Positions 46,909 to 59,641 of a stretch of 64,000 nt of DNA are shown piece after piece. Below the pieces are notes generated by a model. That model was given only the letters and a program-made list of their open reading frames with translations, ran no database searches and was not told the origin of the DNA. Every line of letters starts with the position of its first letter. The first letter of the stretch is position 1. The stretch is from Kiloniellales bacterium (GTDB lineage Bacteria; Pseudomonadota; Alphaproteobacteria; Kiloniellales; JAKSDN01), in the NCBI GenBank assembly GCA_028280455.1, contig JANQLT010000105.1, forward strand, positions 4,077-68,076. The letters run 5' to 3'. Position numbers and translations under genes: made by a program.

Positions 46909-47855
46909 CGCCGGGCCTGCAGCTTGCGGGCGATGCCGCGGGGCAGGCCGAGACGGGCCTCGCGGTAGAGGATGTAGAGCCCCGAGGCCGTGACGATGCT
47001 GACGCCGATCCAGACGTTGTTGCCCGGGATCTCGCCCCAGACGAAGAAGCCCAGGGCCGCCGCCCAGATCATCGCCGTGTATTCGAAGGGCACCACCAGC
47101 GAGACCTCGGCGTAGCGGAAGGCGTTGGTCATGGCGATCTGCGCCATGCCGCCGATCAGGCCGACGGTGATCAGCAGGGCGAGGTCCGGCAGGCTCGGCG
47201 TCACCCACTGGAAGGGCAGCAGCGCCGCCGAGACCAGGGTGCTGCAGACGGTGAATGAGATGACGATCGAGACGCTGCTGTCGGTCCGCGACAGCTTGCG
47301 CACGGCGATCGCCGCCAGGGCATAGAAGAGCGTGCCCAGCAGGGCGATCAAGGCGATCGGCTCGAAGCCGCCGTCGCCCGGCTGGACGATCACCAGCACG
47401 CCGGCGAAGCCGACCAGGATGGCGCTCCAGCGCCGCGGCCCGACCTTCTCGCCGAGCATCGGCACCGAGAGCGCCGTGATGAAGATCGGCGCGGCGAAGG
47501 TGATGGCGATCATGTCCGCCAGGGGCATGCGCGGGAAGCAGTAGAAGTAGGCGGCCATGGAGAGGATGCCGACCAGGCAGCGGAAGACGTGGCCCCGGCC
47601 GTTCTTGATCGTCAGGGCCTGGCGCAGCCCGACGCCGGCGACCACGAAGGCGATCGGGATGAAGGCGAAGGCCGAGCGGAAGAAGACGAGCTGCGCCGTC
47701 GGGTAGACCTCGCCGAGCCACTTGATCATGGCGTCCATGACCGCGAAGAGCCCGACCGCGGCCAGCATGTAGGCGATGCCGGTCCCGGCGCCCGGCCCGG
47801 CCCTGACCTGGCTCGGCGAGGGGGCGGACTCGGCGGTGGCGACGGGCGCGGACAT
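46905..47855 (-). CDS. DMT/EamA family transporter
   Basis: About 10 TM; QLVFFR, LGEKVG.RRW, PFEY. Confidence 0.88.
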   Translation of the reverse strand: MSAPVATAESAPSPSQVRAGPGAGTGIAYMLAAVGLFAVMDAMIKWLGEVYPTAQLVFFRSAFAFIPIAFVVAGVGLRQALTIKNGRGHVFRCLVGILSMAAYFYCFPRMPLADMIAITFAAPIFITALSVPMLGEKVGPRRWSAILVGFAGVLVIVQPGDGGFEPIALIALLGTLFYALAAIAVRKLSRTDSSVSIVISFTVCSTLVSAALLPFQWVTPSLPDLALLITVGLIGGMAQIAMTNAFRYAEVSLVVPFEYTAMIWAAALGFFVWGEIPGNNVWIGVSIVTASGLYILYREARLGLPRGIARKLQARR

Positions 47856-48023
47856 GATCGGCTCTGGCTGCGAGGAAAGGGACGGGCCGGATGATAGGTC
47901 CGATCGGTCCAGGCCCGATGCGCCAAGCCTGCGGGTCAGCGTCCCGCCCGGCGCAGGTCTCTGTCGGCCGTTCCTTAGGAAGGCGGCGGCCGCTTCCGTG
48001 ATTCCGCGTGAGCGGAAAACGCT

Positions 48024-50048
48024 CTAGAAGTCCGCGATGGTGACCGAGCCCGGGAAGGCAGCCTCGAGGTCGGTGAAGCTTGTGAAGGCCGCCAGGTCGG
48101 CGATGGAGAGGATATCGCCGTTGCTGAAGGTGACCGAGACGTCGGCCGTGCCGGCGTCGCCCAGGCCGAGGTTGCCGACCGTCACGCCGCCCGGGGCGAT
48201 CAGCCCGTCCAGGCTCGCCAGGGAGGGCGTCAGGCTGATCGCCGCGAAGCTGCCGAACAGCAGGGTCTCGGTCGCCGGGTCGAAATCGAGCAGGATGTCG
48301 TGGTCGAACACCGGCGAGCCCGCCGGCAGGCCGAAGACGCCGACGGCGAAGCTGAAAGTGTCCGCGCCGGCGTCCCCGAGCAAGCTATCGGTCCCGCCGT
48401 TGCCGGACAGGATGTCCTCGCCGTCGCCGCCGAACAGCAGCTCGTCGCCGCTGCCGCCGCTCAGGTCGTCGTTGCCGTCCTGACCGAAGAGCGTGCCGCC
48501 GCCGCCGAAGGGAGAGTTCCTCAGGAAGTCGTCGCCGTTGCCGCCCTCGAGCCGGTTGGTCCCCGTTCCGCCGTCGAGGAAGTCGGTGTCGTCGCCACCG
48601 AAGAGCGTGTCGTCGCCGTTGAAGCCGAACAGCCGGTCGACGCCGGCGCGGCCGTCGAGGATCGAATCCCGGCCGGGGATCGGATCGTTGTCGAACAGCA
48701 TATCGAGCACCAGGGGATCGTCGGAGCCGACCAGCGGCGAGGCGATCGTGTCGGAGCGGACGGTTACGGTGATGCTCGAGGCCGTCTCCGCGCCGTCGAC
48801 GAGGTTCTCGACTCTGTAGTCCGAGCCGCCGGTCACGGTCCTGTCGTCGGCCAGGTCGAGGAACGGAAAGAAGAACAGGAAGGTCCCGAAGACGGAAAGG
48901 CCGGCCTCGGCCGGGATCGTGTTGGGCCCCGTCAAGGCGACCGAGAGGTCGAAGAAGGGGTCGGCGACTTCGAAGTCGTCCGCCGGCAGGAACTCGCTGA
49001 AAGAGCTGGTGCCCGGCGTGCCGAAGCCGATGCCCTCGTACTGCAGGATGTTGATGTCGCCGGCCATCGGCGGGCTGTTGATGCCGTCGATCCGGACCTC
49101 GGCGCGGGCCTGGTCTTCGGTCGTGCCGTTCGAGCCGGCGCCGTAGTCGAAGGAAACGACGAGCTGGTCGCCGCTGGTCATCGACCCCAAGGGCACGCGG
49201 TCGACGACTTCGAGGAAGACCTTGCCCTCCGCCAGCACACGGATGTTGAGCGTGCCCCTAAGAAAGGTGAAGGCACTGAACAGCGAGACGTCGACGTTCA
49301 GCACTTCGCCCGGGCCGAGCGGGTTGACGGTCCTACCGGTTTCCGAGATGTCGCCGGGAAGCGCGAGCTCGAGCGAGGCGGGGTCGACCTCGGTGATCGC
49401 CAGGCCGGCCGGGCCTTCGTCGTTTTCGAGCAGATCCGCCATGAAGGGCGCGGCGCGCACGGCGACGTCCGTGGTGCTCAGCGCATCGTCTTCCGCCACG
49501 GCGGGAACCGGCGGTGGCGCGGCAGCCTCCGCCATGACCACGTCGTTGGTCTCGACGAGATTGGGGTCGACGTCGGGCAGGTCGAATCCCGGCAGCAGCG
49601 GAATGCCGATGTCGCCGAGCGGACTGGCGCCGAAGGGGGCGCCGAAGCCGTCCTCGCTGTAGGGCTCGACCGGAATGATCGAGCCGCCGCCGCTCGGCCC
49701 GTCGCCGCCTTGGCCGTTTCCGGCCGCGGTCGCCAGGGCCGTCTCGAGCGAGTGGATCGCGAGCCGGCCGTCGGGGCCGGCGATGCCGTCGCTCCTGTCG
49801 GCGTCGGTGAAGAGGGGAACCAGTCCCTCGAAGGTCAGCGTCGTGCCGTCCGGCAGGACGAGGATGTAGTCGTCGCCGGCGATCCGGCCGGTCAGGACCG
49901 AGGGATCCAGGACCGGCCCCGGCACGCCGTTCTCGTCCGGCAGGCGGATCTGATAGACCAGCCCGCCGCCGGCCGGCACGGCGACCGCGCCGTTGTCGGG
50001 AATAGTGCGGCTTTCGCCGGTCGATGTGACCGTGACGAGGATGGCCAT
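48024..50048 (-). CDS. RTX (Ca-binding) T1SS-secreted surface protein with N-terminal retention-like module and TAAG motif
   Basis: GGxGxD repeats near C-terminus, DILLDFD, no signal peptide; TAAG at aa 107-110 followed by Gly-rich linker. Confidence 0.82.
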   Translation of the reverse strand: MAILVTVTSTGESRTIPDNGAVAVPAGGGLVYQIRLPDENGVPGPVLDPSVLTGRIAGDDYILVLPDGTTLTFEGLVPLFTDADRSDGIAGPDGRLAIHSLETALATAAGNGQGGDGPSGGGSIIPVEPYSEDGFGAPFGASPLGDIGIPLLPGFDLPDVDPNLVETNDVVMAEAAAPPPVPAVAEDDALSTTDVAVRAAPFMADLLENDEGPAGLAITEVDPASLELALPGDISETGRTVNPLGPGEVLNVDVSLFSAFTFLRGTLNIRVLAEGKVFLEVVDRVPLGSMTSGDQLVVSFDYGAGSNGTTEDQARAEVRIDGINSPPMAGDINILQYEGIGFGTPGTSSFSEFLPADDFEVADPFFDLSVALTGPNTIPAEAGLSVFGTFLFFFPFLDLADDRTVTGGSDYRVENLVDGAETASSITVTVRSDTIASPLVGSDDPLVLDMLFDNDPIPGRDSILDGRAGVDRLFGFNGDDTLFGGDDTDFLDGGTGTNRLEGGNGDDFLRNSPFGGGGTLFGQDGNDDLSGGSGDELLFGGDGEDILSGNGGTDSLLGDAGADTFSFAVGVFGLPAGSPVFDHDILLDFDPATETLLFGSFAAISLTPSLASLDGLIAPGGVTVGNLGLGDAGTADVSVTFSNGDILSIADLAAFTSFTDLEAAFPGSVTIADF

Positions 50049-50327
50049 GGTCGGTCCCTGTTCGGCCCTGTCCCTTGAGGCCTCTAGCGGCCACAGCGGC
50101 TGCTTGGCCGGCCGCCGAGGTGATTGCCGAAGAAGTCACCGCCGGTGTTCTGGCTCTATTCTTGTTCTGCCCAAGACGCTGCCCCGATCGCATCTTGGTT
50201 AATTGGTGTCTTCTAAGGCTGCGATGGCTCGCATTTGCAAAGCACTGTGATACTCTACGCCGTGACGGAAACCGCTCAATACGCCCGCCGGCGTATTCAG
50301 GGGTCGACTGCATGAGGGTCGGGTGGT

Positions 50328-51125
50328 TTGAGCGCTCCTTCCCAAAGGCAGCTTGCCATCATGTTGGAGGGCGTGCGGCGCCTCCACGATGCCGCCTCCT
50401 TGGATGCCCTTCGCGCGGAGATGATGACGCTGGTCGATGCGCTCGTTGCCAACGAGCACATCGCCTACAACGACATCGACGTGGAGCTCGATCAGGTCTT
50501 CACCCGCTTCAGCGCGCAGGAGCACGACGAGGACTATACGCAGTACGCGCGGACCTTCGAGCGGCTGATGCACCAGCATCCGATCCTGCAGTACTGCATC
50601 GACAACCCCAATCCGACGGCGCAGCGCCTGTCGGATTTCGTCAGCCAACCGGCCTTGCGGGATCTCGGCCTCTACCAGGAGGTCTACAGCAAGGTCGACA
50701 CGCAGTACCAAACGATCATCGATCTGGGCGTGCCGGGCCGCACGATCTCGGCCCTAGCGGTCAACCGCAAGCGCAGCGATTTCGAGGATGGCGACCTGGC
50801 GCTGCTGCGGCTGCTGCAGCCCCACTTGCGCCAGGCCCTCGCGAGCTGCCGGCAACGCTTCCTGATCGATAGCTTCCTTGCGGGCGTGCCCTCGGCGCTG
50901 CTCTTCGACCGGGTCATGACGCTCGGCCTGAGCGAACGTGAGGCCGAAGTTTGCTTCTGGATCGCTCAAGGCAAGAGCAACCCGGAGATCGGCGAGCTGT
51001 TGAAGATCAGTCCGCTGACGGTCAAGAAGCACGGCGAGAACATCTACCGCAAGCTCGGTGCCGGCGGCCGGGTCGAGGTCGTGCGCCAGGTTCTCAGGGT
51101 GCTGGCCGATAGCGTGGAAGACTGA
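50328..51125 (+). CDS. LuxR-family transcriptional regulator
   Basis: C-terminal LSEREAEV..WIAQGKSNPEIG.LL.ISP.TVKKH..NIYRKLG; start uncertain. Confidence 0.85.
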   Translation: MSAPSQRQLAIMLEGVRRLHDAASLDALRAEMMTLVDALVANEHIAYNDIDVELDQVFTRFSAQEHDEDYTQYARTFERLMHQHPILQYCIDNPNPTAQRLSDFVSQPALRDLGLYQEVYSKVDTQYQTIIDLGVPGRTISALAVNRKRSDFEDGDLALLRLLQPHLRQALASCRQRFLIDSFLAGVPSALLFDRVMTLGLSEREAEVCFWIAQGKSNPEIGELLKISPLTVKKHGENIYRKLGAGGRVEVVRQVLRVLADSVED

Positions 51126-52064
51126 TCAGGGCAGCGCCGCGGCGAAGTGCTCGTCGACCAGCGCCCAGAAGCGCTGCCGGTAGCTGTCGGCCTCGATGAA
51201 GAGCTCGTGCAGCGCGCCCTCGATGGTCTCGAAGCGGGCCTTCGGCATGTGCCGGCAGAGCTGCCGCTGGGCCTCGTTGTCGACGATCTTCTCCTCGCCG
51301 GCGCTGGCGATCAGCACCGGCGTGGCGATGCGGCTCGCGTAGTCCGGCGCGGTCAGCCGGTCGATGGACTGGAAGCTGGCCTGCAGCCAGCTCCAGGTCG
51401 GGCTGCCCAGGGCCAGCTCCGGGTTGCGCCGGATCTGCGCGACCATCTGCTCGAAGCGCGCGCGGTCCGACGTCAGGATGTTGCCCTCGAAGCGCTCGTC
51501 GGACTCGTCATAGGGCCCGCCTTTGAGGACGTAGGACTCCGGCATGGTCGCATGGCCGAGCCAGGCCAGGGCCTTGGCCGGCGGCCGCAAGAGGCCGCGC
51601 GGCCCGATGCTCACCATGGGCGAGGAGAAGGCCGCGGCCGCGAAGCGCGCCGGCTGCTCCTGCAGGAACCGAAGGGAGATGTGGCCGCCCATCGAATGGG
51701 CCAGGAGCACCAGGGGCGGCTCGGTGGCGGGCGCCACATGGCGCTCGACGAAGACCGCCAGGTCGTCGAGGAACTGCCGATAGTCTTGGATGTGCCCCTT
51801 GTGGCGGTCCTCGAGGGCGCGCTGCGACAGGCCCTGGCCGCGCCAGTCCAGAGTCCAGACGGTGAAGCCGCGCCGCAGCAGCTCTTCGGTGGCCGCCAGG
51901 TTCTTCTCGATGAACTCGGTGCGGCCGCCGAGCAGCAGCGCCGTGCCCCGGCGCTCAGCCGTCGGCTGCTCCCAGGCCGCGCCGCGCAGCTTGGCGCCGT
52001 CCCGGCCCTCGAACCAGAAGGCGCGGCCACCGGTCGATTCGATGCTGGGCGGGTCGCTGGTCAT
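51126..52064 (-). CDS. Alpha/beta hydrolase (lysophospholipase PldB-like)
   Basis: GRTEFIEK, DWRGQGLS, AHSMGG, GALHEL..E. Confidence 0.88.
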   Translation of the reverse strand: MTSDPPSIESTGGRAFWFEGRDGAKLRGAAWEQPTAERRGTALLLGGRTEFIEKNLAATEELLRRGFTVWTLDWRGQGLSQRALEDRHKGHIQDYRQFLDDLAVFVERHVAPATEPPLVLLAHSMGGHISLRFLQEQPARFAAAAFSSPMVSIGPRGLLRPPAKALAWLGHATMPESYVLKGGPYDESDERFEGNILTSDRARFEQMVAQIRRNPELALGSPTWSWLQASFQSIDRLTAPDYASRIATPVLIASAGEEKIVDNEAQRQLCRHMPKARFETIEGALHELFIEADSYRQRFWALVDEHFAAALP

Positions 52065-52074
52065 GTCGGGCTCC

Positions 52075-53967
<1,893 letters not shown>

Positions 53968-54118
53968 GGCCCGAGGGATAGCACGGCGGCCCCGCCGCCC
54001 GAAAGCCGAGCCAGGTCGTTGGCGGGCCGTCGGGGCTCATTGTGGCCTCTCGACAAAGCGTCTATAAGGCCGCGCGAATCCTCACCGGAGACCCGAAACA
54101 CAAAGGAGAGTCGGCGCC

Positions 54119-54541
54119 ATGGCCGTCCAGCGGACCCTGTCGATCATCAAGCCCGATGCCACCCGTCGCAACCTCACCGGCAAGATCGTCGACCGCCTCG
54201 AGCAGGGCGGCCTGCGCGTGGTGGCCCAGCGCCGGGTCCATTTGACCCGCGCCCAGGCCGAGGCCTTCTACGACGTCCACAAGGAGCGGCCCTTCTACGA
54301 CAGCCTCTGCAGCTTCATGACCTCCGGGCCGGTCGTGGTCCAGGTGCTCGAGGGCGAGAACGCCATCGAGCGCAACCGCGAGGTGATGGGCGCGACCAAC
54401 CCGGAGAACGCCGACGCCGGCACGATCCGCAAGGACTTCGCCGAGTCCCTGGAGGCCAACTCGGTGCACGGCTCCGACGCGCCGGAGACCGCGGCGCGCG
54501 AGATCGCGTTCTTCTTTGCGGAGGTCGATATCGTCGGCTGA
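54119..54541 (+). CDS. ndk: Nucleoside diphosphate kinase
   Basis: [27 protein letters not shown]. Confidence 0.97.
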   Translation: MAVQRTLSIIKPDATRRNLTGKIVDRLEQGGLRVVAQRRVHLTRAQAEAFYDVHKERPFYDSLCSFMTSGPVVVQVLEGENAIERNREVMGATNPENADAGTIRKDFAESLEANSVHGSDAPETAAREIAFFFAEVDIVG

Positions 54542-54558
54542 GGCCGACGGCGGCACCC

Positions 54559-54681
54559 TTAGAGCAGGAAGGCCGCCAGCAGGACCAGGGTGACGATGAT
54601 AACTACGGTGGACCAGACCGAGCCCTTGACGAAGCCGTTGAAGGTGGCGCGGTTGTTCCGCAGCAGCTCATCTTCCGACAT
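54559..54681 (-). CDS. aa3-type cytochrome c oxidase subunit IV-like small membrane protein
   Basis: 40 aa: ...ATFNGFVK followed by one TM ending LAAFLL; GGAG RBS. Confidence 0.65.
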   Translation of the reverse strand: MSEDELLRNNRATFNGFVKGSVWSTVVIIVTLVLLAAFLL

Positions 54682-54793
54682 GGCGCGTTCTCCGTCCTGA
54701 TCCCGCGGCCGACGGCGGGCGACCGGGCTCTCTAATACTGACAAAGCGCGCGGCTCGCAAGCCGTTGCGCCCCAGCTTCGCGGCCCGCGAGAC

Positions 54794-56482
54794 TCAGGCG
54801 CTCGGCCGGACGTCGAAGGCGATGGAGACCCGGATCGCCTCGTCCTCGAAGGGGATCGTCCGGTGGTAGAGGTAGCTCGGGAAGAGCAGCATCAGGCCTT
54901 CCTCGGGCCGGAAGGCGACGACCTTCGGCGCTCGCCGGCAGTGGAAGTGGTCGGGCGGGCGGCCGAACTCGATCCAGCCGGCCTGGCCGAGGCCGTGAGC
55001 GTCGACCGCCGCCGGCACCCTTGGGTAGTAGACGCCGCTCAGCCAGGCCGAGGGGTGGATGTGCGGGATCTGATGGCCGGCGCCGCTCAGCACCACGCCC
55101 CAGACCGATAGCGCGAAGCGCGGCGGCCGCGCGGCGAGGAAGGGGTGGGGCGAGGCGGCCTCCCGCTCGCGGCCGTAGGTTTCGACGGCCCGCCGGATCA
55201 GCCGCTCGAGCTGCGCGACCGGGCCCTTGGGCTCGACCAGCAGCTCGCCGGAATGCCGCCCCTCGCGGGTCGCGTGGCTGGCCGGCGCCTCGACCAGGGT
55301 CGGGTGGGCCAGCAGATGCTCGACCAGGGCCGCGTTCAGCGCCGCGATGTCCTCGCCCCCCGGGCCTTCCGCGAAGCGGATCGGCTCGATCAAGGCCGCG
55401 TCGCCGGTCAGGGCCCGCAGGCCGGCCTCGTCGCCGATCTCGTTCAGCAGCACGGCCTTGAAGGCGAGCATCGCCGTGTTGGCCGGGTGCTCGGCCAGGA
55501 AGGCGTCGCAGCCGGCCAGCGCCGCCTCGGCCTCGCCGAGCTCGAGCCGCAGCTCGGCCAGGTTGACCTGGGCCTCGGCCAGGTGGGGCGCCAGGGCCAC
55601 GGCCCGTTCGTAAGCCAGGACGGCATCGCTGTGCCGCCCCGTGCTTTGCAGCAGGTAGCCGAGGTTGATCAGGGCCTGGACGTAGTCCGGCGCGACGCCG
55701 AGGACCTGGCGGTAGCTGGCCTCGGCTTCCTCCAGGCGCTCCTGGTCCTGCAGGGCGATACCGAGGTTGTAGTGGGCGTCCGGGTCCTGCGGCGCCAGGG
55801 CGATGGCCCGGCGGTAGACGGCTTCGGCCTCGGCGGCCCGGCCGCGCTCGCGCAGCACCACGCCGAGGTTGATCTGCGCCGCCACGGCGCCCGGCGCCAG
55901 GGCGATGGCGCGGCGGTAGGCGGCCTCCGCCTCCGCCAGGCGGTCGAGCCGCTTGAGCGCGTTGCCGAGGCTCAGGTGGCCGTCGGCGAAGTCCGGCCGC
56001 TGGGCGACAACGCGCTCGTGGTTGGCGGCGGCCTCCTCGGGGCGCTCGAGCGCCTCCAGCACCAGCCCGAGATTGAACAGGGCGTCGCCGTGCTCGGGCG
56101 CGATCGCCAGGGCCCGGCGATAGGCCGCTTCGGCCTCCTCGAAGGCGCCCGTCATGCGCAGCACGTTGCCCAGGTTGTTGTGGGAGTCGACGTGGTCCGG
56201 CCGGCTCTTTGTCGCCCGGCGCAGATAGTCCAGGGCGCGCTCGCCCTGGCCGCTATGGAAGGCGGCGATGCCGGCCAGGTTCAGCGCGTCCGGCTGGTCC
56301 GGCCGGCGTTTCAGCACCTGGCGGCAGAGCTTGGCCGCCTGCTGCGGGCGCCCGCCTTCGAGGTGGCCGACCGCCTCGCTCAGGCTCTGGGCGATGCCGG
56401 CTTCCTCGGCGGCGGCCTTGGCCGGGCTCGGGCCCGCGCGCTTCTGCTGCTTGGCGAGCCGGCGCCGCTCGCTGCGGTTCAT
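54794..56482 (-). CDS. TPR-repeat protein with C-terminal putative 2OG-Fe(II) oxygenase domain
   Basis: About 8 TPRs; WGVVL...GHQIPHIHP.AWLSGVYY, LFPSYLYH.T.P, RVSIAFD. Confidence 0.85.
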   Translation of the reverse strand: MNRSERRRLAKQQKRAGPSPAKAAAEEAGIAQSLSEAVGHLEGGRPQQAAKLCRQVLKRRPDQPDALNLAGIAAFHSGQGERALDYLRRATKSRPDHVDSHNNLGNVLRMTGAFEEAEAAYRRALAIAPEHGDALFNLGLVLEALERPEEAAANHERVVAQRPDFADGHLSLGNALKRLDRLAEAEAAYRRAIALAPGAVAAQINLGVVLRERGRAAEAEAVYRRAIALAPQDPDAHYNLGIALQDQERLEEAEASYRQVLGVAPDYVQALINLGYLLQSTGRHSDAVLAYERAVALAPHLAEAQVNLAELRLELGEAEAALAGCDAFLAEHPANTAMLAFKAVLLNEIGDEAGLRALTGDAALIEPIRFAEGPGGEDIAALNAALVEHLLAHPTLVEAPASHATREGRHSGELLVEPKGPVAQLERLIRRAVETYGREREAASPHPFLAARPPRFALSVWGVVLSGAGHQIPHIHPSAWLSGVYYPRVPAAVDAHGLGQAGWIEFGRPPDHFHCRRAPKVVAFRPEEGLMLLFPSYLYHRTIPFEDEAIRVSIAFDVRPSA

Positions 56483-57144
56483 GACTCCGGACCCGCGGGG
56501 CCCGGATGGATCAGCAGCGGGCCGGAAGGCGCGACGCCGTCGATCTCCACCCGGTTCTCGACCACGCGGGTACGGCCCTCGGCGATCAGGCGCAGGCAGC
56601 GCGGGTAGAGCTGGTGCTCGGCCGCCAGGACCCGGGCCGCCAGGCTCGCTTCGTCGTCGCCCGTCAGCACCGGGACGGCGGCCTGGCCGACGATCGGCCC
56701 GGCGTCGACCTCCGGCCAGACGTAGTGGACCGTGCAGCCGTGCAGCTTGACCCCGGCGGTCAGCGCGCGGGCGTGGCTGTCGGTGCCCGGGAAGCTCGGC
56801 AGCAGGGCAGGGTGGATGTTGATCGCCCGCCCGAGCCAGTGCCGCACGAAGCGGTCGGTCAGCACGCGCATGAAGCCGGCCAGGCAGACGAAGTCGGCGC
56901 CGGCCGCCTCCAGCGCCTCGGTCAGTGCCGCCTCGAAGCGGCCCCGGTCGGCGAAGTCCCGATGGTCGATCGCCCGGGCGTCGAGCCCGGCTTGGCGCGC
57001 CCGCCCCAGGCCGGCGGCCGCCGGCTCGTTTGAGATGACGGTGACGATCTCGGCCGGGAAGTCGGCGGCCGCGCAGGCGTCGATCAGGGCCTGCAGGTTG
57101 CTGCCGCGCCCCGAGATCAGGACGCCGACTTTGAGCCCTGCCAT
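56479..57144 (-). CDS. purN: Phosphoribosylglycinamide formyltransferase
   Basis: [38 protein letters not shown]. Confidence 0.96.
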   Translation of the reverse strand: MAGLKVGVLISGRGSNLQALIDACAAADFPAEIVTVISNEPAAAGLGRARQAGLDARAIDHRDFADRGRFEAALTEALEAAGADFVCLAGFMRVLTDRFVRHWLGRAINIHPALLPSFPGTDSHARALTAGVKLHGCTVHYVWPEVDAGPIVGQAAVPVLTGDDEASLAARVLAAEHQLYPRCLRLIAEGRTRVVENRVEIDGVAPSGPLLIHPGPAGPES

Positions 57145-58205
57145 GGCGCGTCCGGGTGCTCGATGACGATGGCCGGCGCGGCCGCGTCGCGGGCTTCCAG
57201 CGCGCCGATCTCATGGACGGTCTCGCCGGCCTCGCGCAGGACGGCGGCGAGGCTCTCGGCCCGTGCCGGGTCGACGACCAGGACCATGGCGAGCCCGCAG
57301 TTGAAGGTGCGCAGCATCTCCTCGCTGGGCAGGCCGCCGGCCCCGGCCAGCCAGCCGAACACCGGCGCGGCCGGCCAGGCCCGGCCGTCGACGCGGGCGG
57401 CCAGGTCCGGCGGCAGCACGCGCGGCAGGTTCTCCGTCAGGCCGCCGCCGGTGATGTGGGCGAGGGCCTTGACGCCGCCGGCGCGGATCGCCGCCAGGCA
57501 GGCGCGCACGTAGATCCGCGTCGGCGTCAGCAGGGCGGCGCCCAGGGGCCGGTCCGGCGCGAAGGGGGCGGCGGCGGCGTAGTCCAGGCCCCGGTCCTCG
57601 ACGATGCGGCGGACCAGCGAGAAGCCGTTGGAGTGGACGCCGTCCGAGGCCAGGCCGAGCAGGCGGTCGCCGGCCGTCAGGTCGGCGCTCGGCAGCAGGC
57701 CGCCGCGCTCGGCGGCGCCGACCGCGAAGCCGGCCAGGTCGTAGCAGCCGGCGCCGTAGAAGCCCGGCATCTCGGCCGTCTCGCCGCCGATCAGGGCACA
57801 GCCGGCCTGGGCGCAGCCCTCGGCGATGCCGGCGACGACGTCGCGGGCGACCGCCGGCTCGAGCCGGCCCGTTGCCATGTAGTCGAGGAAGAACAGCGGC
57901 TCGGCGCCCTGGACGATCAGGTCGTTGACGCACATGGCCACCAGGTCGATGCCGACCGTGTCGTGGCGGCCGGCGGCCTTGGCGACCTCCAGCTTGGTGC
58001 CGACACCGTCGGTGGCGGCCACCAAGATCGGGTCCCGGTAGCCGGCGGCCTTGAGGTCGAAGAGGCCGCCGAAGCCGCCCAGCTCGGCCTCGGCGCCCGG
58101 CCGCGCGGTGGCCTTGGCCAGGGGCTTGATGGCCTGGACCAGGGCATTGCCGGCATCGATGTCGACGCCGGCCTCCCGGTAGCTCAAGCGGCCTTCGGCT
58201 GCTAT
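57117..58205 (-). CDS. purM: Phosphoribosylformylglycinamidine cyclo-ligase (AIR synthetase)
   Basis: [48 protein letters not shown]; start ATA 58205 or TTG 58187. Confidence 0.95.
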   Translation of the reverse strand: MAAEGRLSYREAGVDIDAGNALVQAIKPLAKATARPGAEAELGGFGGLFDLKAAGYRDPILVAATDGVGTKLEVAKAAGRHDTVGIDLVAMCVNDLIVQGAEPLFFLDYMATGRLEPAVARDVVAGIAEGCAQAGCALIGGETAEMPGFYGAGCYDLAGFAVGAAERGGLLPSADLTAGDRLLGLASDGVHSNGFSLVRRIVEDRGLDYAAAAPFAPDRPLGAALLTPTRIYVRACLAAIRAGGVKALAHITGGGLTENLPRVLPPDLAARVDGRAWPAAPVFGWLAGAGGLPSEEMLRTFNCGLAMVLVVDPARAESLAAVLREAGETVHEIGALEARDAAAPAIVIEHPDAPWQGSKSAS

Positions 58206-58339
58206 GGTCGCCTCCCGAGGAGCCTGGATGTCGGCGGGCCGGGGTTGCGAGGTGGGCCCATCGTCGCGGGGCGGTTTCCGCCGCGTGGCGCCGACCGGTA
58301 GAGTTCGGGGCGAAGATACTTTTTCCGGGAACCGATGCA

Positions 58340-59590
58340 ATGAGCTTCCGCCGCCTGCAGAGCGCGCCCAGCCTGGTTCTACTCGCGAGTCTCCTGGTTT
58401 TCCTGGGCTTCGCGGGCGAGGCGTCGGCGCAAAGCGGTGCCTTCGCCGTCGGCGGCGTCAAGGTCGACGCCCGCGCCGAGACCGCCACCCTGGCGCGCGA
58501 ATCGGCCATCGCCGAAGGCCAGAGCCGGGCCCTGAGCCGGCTCTTCCGGCGGCTGGTGGTGCGCGAGGACGTGCCGCGCCTGCCGCAGCTCAGCCCGGCC
58601 CAGGTGGCCGAGCTGGTCCAGGGCTTCTCGGTGGCCGACGAGAAGACCAGCAGCGGGCGCTACCTGGCGACCTTCACGGTGCAGTTCAAGCCGAACGGGA
58701 TTCGCGGCCTGCTGCGCCAGGCGCGGGTCCGCTTCGCCGAGACGGTGAGCCGGCCGCTCCTGGTCTTCCCGGTCTTCGGCGCCGGCGGCTCGGCGCTGCT
58801 CTGGCAGGAGCCCAATCCCTGGCGCGCCGCCTGGGCCCGGGCGACGACTCGCGGCGGCCTGGTGCCGGTCGAGGTGCCGCTCGGCGACCTCGCCGACATC
58901 GGCGCGGTGACCGCGCAGCAGGCCCTGGCCGGCGACGCCGATGCCCTGCGCGCCGTGGCCCAGCGCTACGGCGGCAGCGACATCATCGTCGCCCAGGCGC
59001 AACTCGACGGCAAAGACCTGCGGGTCGACAGCCTGCAGGGCCGGCCCGGCGGCCTGGCGCCGGCGCCCTCGGTCGGCTTCCAGCAGCAGCCGGGCGAGAG
59101 CCGCGCCGGCCTGCTGGCGCGGGCCGTCGAGGACAGCATCTCCCGGCTGGAGACGGCCTGGAAGCTGCGCAACGCCATCGACTACTCGACGCAGAGCGTG
59201 TTGCGGGTGGCTGTGCCCTTCGCCGACATCCGCCAGTGGGCCGAGATCCGCCGCCGCCTGAGCGGCGTGCCGGCCATCGTCTCCAGCGCCGTGACCCGCC
59301 TCAAGCGGGACCGCGCCGACTTGACCCTGACCGTCGTCGGCCGCATCGAGCAGTTCGTCCAGGTCCTCGCTCAGCGCGACCTGGTGCTGGCCCAGCCGGC
59401 CGCGCTGCAGGCCACGGCGGGGCAGCAGGCCACCTTCCCCGACCCACTGGCACCGCCGCCGCCCGACTGGGAGTTGCGTCTGGCCGGCGCCTTCACTACC
59501 AGTGGCGGAGGGGCCACCAACGGCGGGGCGACGGACAGCGGTGCCGACAACTTCATCGAGCGGGTCGAGGACGACGACTCCAGCCAATGA
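58340..59590 (+). CDS. DUF2066 domain exported protein
   Basis: Signal peptide; F.V.GV.VD..A..A..AR; divergent from purM as in the usual purM-DUF2066-perM-hda layout. Confidence 0.75.
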   Translation: MSFRRLQSAPSLVLLASLLVFLGFAGEASAQSGAFAVGGVKVDARAETATLARESAIAEGQSRALSRLFRRLVVREDVPRLPQLSPAQVAELVQGFSVADEKTSSGRYLATFTVQFKPNGIRGLLRQARVRFAETVSRPLLVFPVFGAGGSALLWQEPNPWRAAWARATTRGGLVPVEVPLGDLADIGAVTAQQALAGDADALRAVAQRYGGSDIIVAQAQLDGKDLRVDSLQGRPGGLAPAPSVGFQQQPGESRAGLLARAVEDSISRLETAWKLRNAIDYSTQSVLRVAVPFADIRQWAEIRRRLSGVPAIVSSAVTRLKRDRADLTLTVVGRIEQFVQVLAQRDLVLAQPAALQATAGQQATFPDPLAPPPPDWELRLAGAFTTSGGGATNGGATDSGADNFIERVEDDDSSQ

Positions 59591-59641
59591 CGGCGGCGCG
59601 ATGAGCAGCGCCTCGGATCGTCCCCCGCGCGGAGCCTTGCC

